Shown here piece after piece: positions 58,513 to 64,000 of a stretch of DNA of 64,000 bases. How positions within the stretch are numbered: the stretch's first letter is position 1; every line of letters starts with the position of its first letter. Under the pieces are notes generated by a model. It was not told where the DNA came from. It saw nothing but the letters and a program-made list of their open reading frames with translations, and ran no database searches. A program made the translations under genes and the position numbers. The stretch comes from Desulfobacterales bacterium (GTDB taxonomy: Bacteria; Desulfobacterota; Desulfobacteria; Desulfobacterales; UBA5852): positions 960,001-1,024,000 of the forward strand of contig CAXXVS010000001.1 of assembly GCA_963674755.2 (NCBI GenBank), in the 5' to 3' direction.

Positions 58513-60628
58513 ATTTCTGCCGTTTCTGGAATGGTTCAAAGGGTATCGTTTGGATAGCTTCCAACGGGATGCCTTATCGGGCCTGACGGTGGCCCTGGTC
58601 CTGATCCCCCAGTCCATGGCGTATGCGCAGCTGGCCGGCATGCCGGCTTACTACGGCCTGTATGCCTCGTTTCTGCCGCCCATGATCGCCGCCTTGTTCG
58701 GCTCCAGCCGGCAGCTGGCCACCGGGCCGGTGGCCGTGGTTTCCCTCATGACTTCGGCTTCCCTGGAACCCTTGGCCACGGCGGGCAGTGAAGGCTTTAT
58801 CGCCTACGCGATTCTGCTGGCCCTGATGGTCGGGGTCTTCCAGCTGGCCCTCGGCATTCTGCGGCTGGGGTTGGTGGTGAATTTTCTCTCCCATCCCGTG
58901 GTGAACGGCTTTACCAATGCTGCGGCCATCATCATCGCCTCATCCCAGCTTTCCAAGCTGTTCGGGGTCTACGTTGACAAAGCCACGCACCACTATGAAA
59001 CCATCATTCACGTCTGTCAGGCCGCCATCCACTATACCCACTGGCCCACGCTCTTCATGGGGGCGCTGGCCTTCGGCATCATGTACGGTCTGAAGAAGAT
59101 CAACCCCCGGATCCCCAATGTCCTTGTGGCGGTGGCCTTGACCACCCTGCTCTCCTGGGCCCTGGGTTTCCAGCATGACACCACGGCCACCATCGATGCC
59201 ATCGCCGCCCCGGAAGTCCGCAGCCAGATCGACAAGTTCAATGCGGCGACACGCGAAATCCCCCTCCTGGCCCAGGCGCGCACAGACGCCATGGCCAAGC
59301 TGGAAGCCGCGAAAGCGGAAAACAATACCATGGCGGTGCTGGACGCCGATCACACCGTCAAAATCATCACGGCTCAAATGGATTTTCTCAAACACGAGGC
59401 CCACCTTTTCAGGGCGGAAATCCGCAGCGCGCTCTTTGCAGGCGTTCCGGGACCGGACAGAGAATTGACCTTCTATCCTGAAGGGACCCTGCCCGAGGGC
59501 GCCCAAACCGACGGGCGGGTGTGGCGCATCAAGGTGGGCAATACCCCCCTGGATCCGGACCGGCTATCCATGAACGGGGGTGGGGCCGTGGTGGGCGTCG
59601 TGCCCAAGGGGCTGCCGGCCCTGTCGGTGCCGAAAATCGACTTCAAGATCATGATGGGGCTGTTCCCCTATGCGGCCATCATTTCCCTCCTGGGATTCAT
59701 GGAAGCCATTTCCATCGCCAAGGCCATGGCCGCCAAGACCGGCCAACGCCTGGATCCCAACCAGGAACTGATCGGTCAGGGGTTGGCCAACATGCTGGGC
59801 GCCGTGGGTAAGAGCTATCCTACTTCAGGATCCTTTTCGCGCTCCGCCGTCAATCTGCAGGCCGGCGCCGTGACCGGCCTGTCGAGCGTCTTTACCAGTC
59901 TGGCGGTGGTGATCGTGCTGCTCTTTTTTACGCCGCTGCTCTATCATTTGCCCCAGGCCGTCCTGGCCGCGGTCATCATGATGGCCGTGATCGGGCTGAT
60001 CAACGTATCCGGCTTCATTCATGCCTGGAAAGCCCAATGGTACGACGGGGCGATCTCCATCATCACCTTTATCTGTACGTTGCTTTTTGCACCCCATCTG
60101 GACAAGGGGATCATGGTGGGGGTCTTGCTGTCCCTGGGGGTTTTCCTCTATAAGAGTATGCGGCCCAAAGTGGTCTCCCTGGCCCGGTCCGAGGACGAAG
60201 CCCTGCGGTGCGTGGAAGAGCACAGTCTCCGGGAGTGCGAACATATCGCTGTCATCCGCTTCGACGGCCCCCTGTTTTTTGCCAATTCGAGCTACCTGGA
60301 AGACCAGATCACCGACCGGATGCAGGCCAAGCCCAATTTGAAGCATATTGTGATCGTGGCCAACGGCATCAACGACATGGACGCCTCCGGGGAAGAAATT
60401 CTATCCCTGCTCGTGGATCGGGTCCGCAGCGCGGGAGTCGATTTGTCCCTGAGCGGTGTCAATGAATCGGTCATGAAAGTGTTGAAGCGCACCTATCTGA
60501 TCGCCAAGATCGGTGAAGACCATCTCTTTCCGACCATGGAGAAGGCGATCGGCACCATCCACGCCGGGGCTCACCTGGACAGCCGGGAAGCGGCCTGCCC
60601 GTTGACAACGGTGTGCCATCTGGCCTGA
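58502..60628 (+). CDS. SulP/SLC26 anion transporter with STAS domain
   Basis: DALSGLTVALVLIPQSMAYAQLAG, GSSRQLATGP, NQELIGQGLAN, GSFSRSA, STAS RFDGPLFFAN. Confidence 0.94.
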   Translation: MLLKFLPFLEWFKGYRLDSFQRDALSGLTVALVLIPQSMAYAQLAGMPAYYGLYASFLPPMIAALFGSSRQLATGPVAVVSLMTSASLEPLATAGSEGFIAYAILLALMVGVFQLALGILRLGLVVNFLSHPVVNGFTNAAAIIIASSQLSKLFGVYVDKATHHYETIIHVCQAAIHYTHWPTLFMGALAFGIMYGLKKINPRIPNVLVAVALTTLLSWALGFQHDTTATIDAIAAPEVRSQIDKFNAATREIPLLAQARTDAMAKLEAAKAENNTMAVLDADHTVKIITAQMDFLKHEAHLFRAEIRSALFAGVPGPDRELTFYPEGTLPEGAQTDGRVWRIKVGNTPLDPDRLSMNGGGAVVGVVPKGLPALSVPKIDFKIMMGLFPYAAIISLLGFMEAISIAKAMAAKTGQRLDPNQELIGQGLANMLGAVGKSYPTSGSFSRSAVNLQAGAVTGLSSVFTSLAVVIVLLFFTPLLYHLPQAVLAAVIMMAVIGLINVSGFIHAWKAQWYDGAISIITFICTLLFAPHLDKGIMVGVLLSLGVFLYKSMRPKVVSLARSEDEALRCVEEHSLRECEHIAVIRFDGPLFFANSSYLEDQITDRMQAKPNLKHIVIVANGINDMDASGEEILSLLVDRVRSAGVDLSLSGVNESVMKVLKRTYLIAKIGEDHLFPTMEKAIGTIHAGAHLDSREAACPLTTVCHLA

Positions 60629-60655
60629 TCGCAACTTTTAAAGGAGAACCATTAT

Positions 60656-61888
60656 ATGTCTAGCATCAGCATTTTCAGCGGGTCTTTCTGCAGCGTGGAT
60701 GCCGTGGTCGATGGCCTGATGGCCCGCACCGGTTATCGACTGGTTACGGACGACGATGTGGTCCAGGAGGCGAGCACGCTTTCCGGCATGGATGCCGGCA
60801 AAATCAGTCGCGCCTTTTCCGCCAAGGTGTCGGTGTTCAACAAGTTCACCCACGAAAGGGAGCGGGCGATCGCCTTCATGAAGCTGGCCCTGGCCAAGAC
60901 CTATCTGGCCGACGGCTGCCTGTACAAAGGGTTTTGCGGACTGCTTATCCCCAAGTCCATCGAGCATGTGCTGCGGGTGTGTTTGATCGCGGACGTGAAA
61001 TCCCGGGTGGCCGCGGCCCGGCAGGAGGGCCTTGCCAAAGGGGAAGCCCAGCGCCGCATCCTGGCCGATGATGAACGCTTTGCGGCCTGGGTGGAACTGC
61101 TCGAAGGCAGCAAGGATCCCTGGAGCAGCGGCCTCTACGATATCACCATCCCCATGGACAAGGACAGTGTGGCGGAGGCTGTCGAACTGGTCGCCAACTA
61201 CGCCGGCTCCGGGGCGGTCAACTACACGCCCCTGACCCAGCGCGCCGCGGATAATTTTCGCTTCGCCGCGGAAGTGGAAGTGGCCCTGGCCAAGGAAGGC
61301 CATCATGTGGGCGTCGAAGTTCACGAGGGTACCGTCATCCTCACCATCAACAAGCAGGTGCTCATGCTGAGCCGCCTGGAGGAAGAACTCAAGGGCATCG
61401 TCCAGAAGACAACGGGGGTGGATCAAGTGGAAATTAAAATCGGCGAGGGCTTTCACCAGACCGACATCTACCGTAAATTCGATTTCGAAATGCCGTCCAA
61501 AGTGCTGTTGGTGGATGATGAACGGGAATTTGTGCAGACCCTTTCCGAGCGGCTCCTGATGCGCGACATGGGCTCCACGGTGGCCTATGACGGCGAGTCG
61601 GCTCTGGCCATGGTACAGGAAGAGGAGCCCGAAGTCATGATTCTGGATCTCAAGATGCCCGGCATCGACGGCATCGAGGTGTTGCGCCGGGTGAAGGCCA
61701 GCCGTCCGGATATCGAAGTCATCATTCTGACCGGTCATGGATCCGAAGCGGATCGGAAGGTCTGTATGGATCTGGGGGCCTTCGCCTATCTGCATAAACC
61801 CGTGAACATCGAGCAGTTGAGCGATACCCTCAAGCAAGCCAACGAAAAAATCCTGGCACGCAAAAAGGCCGCTGACAGCGCGTCCTGA
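60656..61888 (+). CDS. Cytidylate-kinase-like domain plus C-terminal receiver domain protein
   Basis: CMK-like N-part (LRVCLIAD..SRV, DERFAAW, YDITI); REC VLLVDDERE, LDLKMP, LTGHG, LHKP. Confidence 0.8.
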   Translation: MSSISIFSGSFCSVDAVVDGLMARTGYRLVTDDDVVQEASTLSGMDAGKISRAFSAKVSVFNKFTHERERAIAFMKLALAKTYLADGCLYKGFCGLLIPKSIEHVLRVCLIADVKSRVAAARQEGLAKGEAQRRILADDERFAAWVELLEGSKDPWSSGLYDITIPMDKDSVAEAVELVANYAGSGAVNYTPLTQRAADNFRFAAEVEVALAKEGHHVGVEVHEGTVILTINKQVLMLSRLEEELKGIVQKTTGVDQVEIKIGEGFHQTDIYRKFDFEMPSKVLLVDDEREFVQTLSERLLMRDMGSTVAYDGESALAMVQEEEPEVMILDLKMPGIDGIEVLRRVKASRPDIEVIILTGHGSEADRKVCMDLGAFAYLHKPVNIEQLSDTLKQANEKILARKKAADSAS

Positions 61889-61920
61889 ATCCGGCGGAGT
61901 CATCTTGACAGGGCATCCAA

Positions 61921-63669
61921 ATGGCCATTTTCCAACTGCTTGAAAACCTCAGGCCGCAGTTCCTGAAGGGCGAAAGAATCGAAGCCGATCACTTTCGCTA
62001 CCTGTTCAACTATCCCCGCTTGTGGCAGGTGGCCATCGCCCTGATGGCGACCGTCGCCGTGGTGCCCCTGGTCTGCGTCACTGTTTTCGATTACCGCGTC
62101 ACCCAGCATGCCCTGAAGTCCGAGATCCTGCTGCGCACCTCGCGGCTGGCCTCCAACAGCAAACGCTCCATCGCCTTTTTTCTGGAAGCCCGCAAGTCGG
62201 CCCTGGATTTCATCGTCCATGACAATGATCCGGAGGCCCTCCAGAATACGACCCGCCTGCAGAGGATTCTGGAGGATCTGGACAGCGGCTTCGGCGGGTT
62301 CGTGGATCTGGGGGTGATCGACGATCAGGGGCGGCAGGTCACTTATGTGGGGCCCTACCGGTTCGAAGGCAAGGACTACAGCCCCCAGGCCTGGTTCCAG
62401 GAAGTCGTGGAACAGGGAATCCACATCAGCGATGTCTTCCTGGGGTACCGAAAAGTACCCCACTTGGTCATCGCGGTAAAATATCCCTTGGCCAAGGGCT
62501 CGTTTTACGTACTGCGGGCCACCATCGATACCGGACCCTACAACCGCATTCTGAGCGAACTGGAGGTCAGCGGCTCCGGCGATGCCTTTCTGATCAATCA
62601 GGCCGGCATCATCCAGACGCCCACACGCAGTTCGGGCGAAGTGTTCGAAAAGGCGCCCCTGCCGGTGCCGCCCTATTCGGAGCATACCGAGGTCTACGAA
62701 ACAACAGCGGCCAACGGGGTCCCGCTGATTGTCGGCTACGCCTACATCCCTTCCACCCAGTTTATTCTGATGATCGTCAAAAAGACCGATCAGGTGATGC
62801 AGGCCTGGTACGCCACAAGGATCGACTTCATCAGCTTTCTGGTGGTCAGTGTGGCCGTCATTCTGACCGTCATCCTGGCCGTGGCCACCTACCTGGTCAA
62901 CAGCGTCTATCTCACCGACCGCAAGCGGCTGATGACCCTGCATGCCCAGGAGTACGCCTCCAAACTGGCCTCCATCGGCCGTCTGGCCGCGGGTGTAGCC
63001 CATGAAATCAACAACCCCCTGGCGATCATCAATGAAAAAGCCGGTCTCATGAGGGATCTCATGCTGATCAAAAAGAAGGACGCCCTGGAAGACGGCCGCC
63101 TGCTCAGGGAGACCGATGCCATCATCTCTTCGGTGGAGCGCTGCGGCACCATTACCAAGCGCCTGCTGAGTTTCGCCCGGCACATGGACACCCGCCGCAA
63201 GACCATTTTGCTGCCGGAACTCATGGAAGAGGTGCTCGGATTTTTAGGCAAGGAGGCGGAGTATCGCAGTATCGAGGTTACGGTGGACATCCCGGATGAT
63301 ATCCCGACGCTTTACACGGACCGGGGCAAACTCCAGCAGATCTTTCTCAACATCATCAACAATGCCTTTGCCGCCATGGAGGACGGTGGCCAGCTGACCA
63401 TCAGGGCTTCCCGGGTCGATCCGGACCATGTGGCGGTATCCGTCCGGGACACGGGTTGCGGCATTTCACCGAACGATTTAAAACAAATCTACGACCCGTT
63501 CTTCTCGACCAAGACGGGCAAGGGCGGCACGGGTCTGGGGTTGTCCATCACTTACGGGCTCATCGGCGAGATCGGCGGTCAAATCGATGTTGAGAGCCAG
63601 GTCGGCGAGGGCACGTGTTTTACGGTCAAATTGCCCCTCCGAATCGAGGAGAAGGGAGAAGCGAAGTAA
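61921..63669 (+). CDS. Membrane sensor histidine kinase (Cache-like periplasmic domain)
   Basis: Two TMs, KLASIGRLAAGVAHEINNPL, QIFLNIINNA, DTGCGI, GTGLGL. Confidence 0.93.
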   Translation: MAIFQLLENLRPQFLKGERIEADHFRYLFNYPRLWQVAIALMATVAVVPLVCVTVFDYRVTQHALKSEILLRTSRLASNSKRSIAFFLEARKSALDFIVHDNDPEALQNTTRLQRILEDLDSGFGGFVDLGVIDDQGRQVTYVGPYRFEGKDYSPQAWFQEVVEQGIHISDVFLGYRKVPHLVIAVKYPLAKGSFYVLRATIDTGPYNRILSELEVSGSGDAFLINQAGIIQTPTRSSGEVFEKAPLPVPPYSEHTEVYETTAANGVPLIVGYAYIPSTQFILMIVKKTDQVMQAWYATRIDFISFLVVSVAVILTVILAVATYLVNSVYLTDRKRLMTLHAQEYASKLASIGRLAAGVAHEINNPLAIINEKAGLMRDLMLIKKKDALEDGRLLRETDAIISSVERCGTITKRLLSFARHMDTRRKTILLPELMEEVLGFLGKEAEYRSIEVTVDIPDDIPTLYTDRGKLQQIFLNIINNAFAAMEDGGQLTIRASRVDPDHVAVSVRDTGCGISPNDLKQIYDPFFSTKTGKGGTGLGLSITYGLIGEIGGQIDVESQVGEGTCFTVKLPLRIEEKGEAK

Positions 63670-64000
63670 TGCGCGTATTGCTCGTAGACGACGAAGAAGA
63701 ATTCGTGGCGACGCTGGCCGAGCGGCTTCGGATCAGAGGCATCGAGGCGGACTGGGCCACAACGGCCGATGAGGGCCTGCAGCGGGTCGTGGAAACGCAA
63801 TACGACATTGCGGTCCTGGACGTGAAGATGCCCAAGATCAGCGGCATCGACCTCAAGGCCAAAATCCAGGCCCTCTCGCCCGCCACCAAATTTATTTTCC
63901 TGACCGGTCACGGGTCGGAAAAGGATTTTATCGCCGGTACGTCCATCTCCGAATTTTACCTTATCAAACCGGTCCAGATCGACGACCTGATGGAAAAACT
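63669..64000 (+). CDS. Response regulator receiver protein (runs off the window end)
   Basis: ATG overlaps the kinase TAA; MRVLLVDDEEEF, LDVKMP, LTGHG, LIKP. Confidence 0.88.
   Translation, partial: MRVLLVDDEEEFVATLAERLRIRGIEADWATTADEGLQRVVETQYDIAVLDVKMPKISGIDLKAKIQALSPATKFIFLTGHGSEKDFIAGTSISEFYLIKPVQIDDLMEK

Noticed and set aside
1..64000. CRISPR array, tRNA, rRNA, transposase, integrase or prophage genes
   Set aside because: No regularly spaced repeat-spacer units, cloverleafs or such ORFs were recognised by eye; short RNAs could have been missed

Overview
GC-rich, gene-dense chromosomal segment. Its gene content (sigma-54 activator, many REC/His-kinase genes, FadF-type Fe-S oxidoreductase with EtfAB, SulP signalling cluster) suggests a Desulfobacterales-like deltaproteobacterium; this is an inference. 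Order: degP-like protease (partial), ftsH, APC permease, DUF202 protein, USP, NarL-type two-component set, a sigma-54/IHF-driven pair of tiny ORFs, a CheW-TM-LysM fusion, a GldA/F/G-DUF4340 ABC module, an MBL hydrolase, a ~10 kb operon (DUF547, flavoprotein disulfide reductase, TVP38, YnjBCD-like ABC importer, APH-like kinase, TIGR04282/04283-like transferases), an SF2 helicase, a sigma-54 activator facing a metF-like/REC/aroE-like unit with two kinases, a fatty-acid degradation block with three FadR-type operators, several small metabolic genes and gene relics, a TetR-SCP2-M24 operon, ycaQ, an argA-like GNAT, and a TetR-SulP-CMK/REC-HK-RR cluster. No rRNA, tRNA, CRISPR array or transposase was recognised. 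Two copies of a MITE-like element are present. Best novelty candidates: the importer-kinase-transferase operon with its structured leader, the CheW-TM-LysM fusion, the paired MetF-like/AroE-like proteins with substituted catalytic residues among signalling genes, and the TetR-SCP2-M24 operon. All family calls come from motifs recognised by eye; no searches were run.
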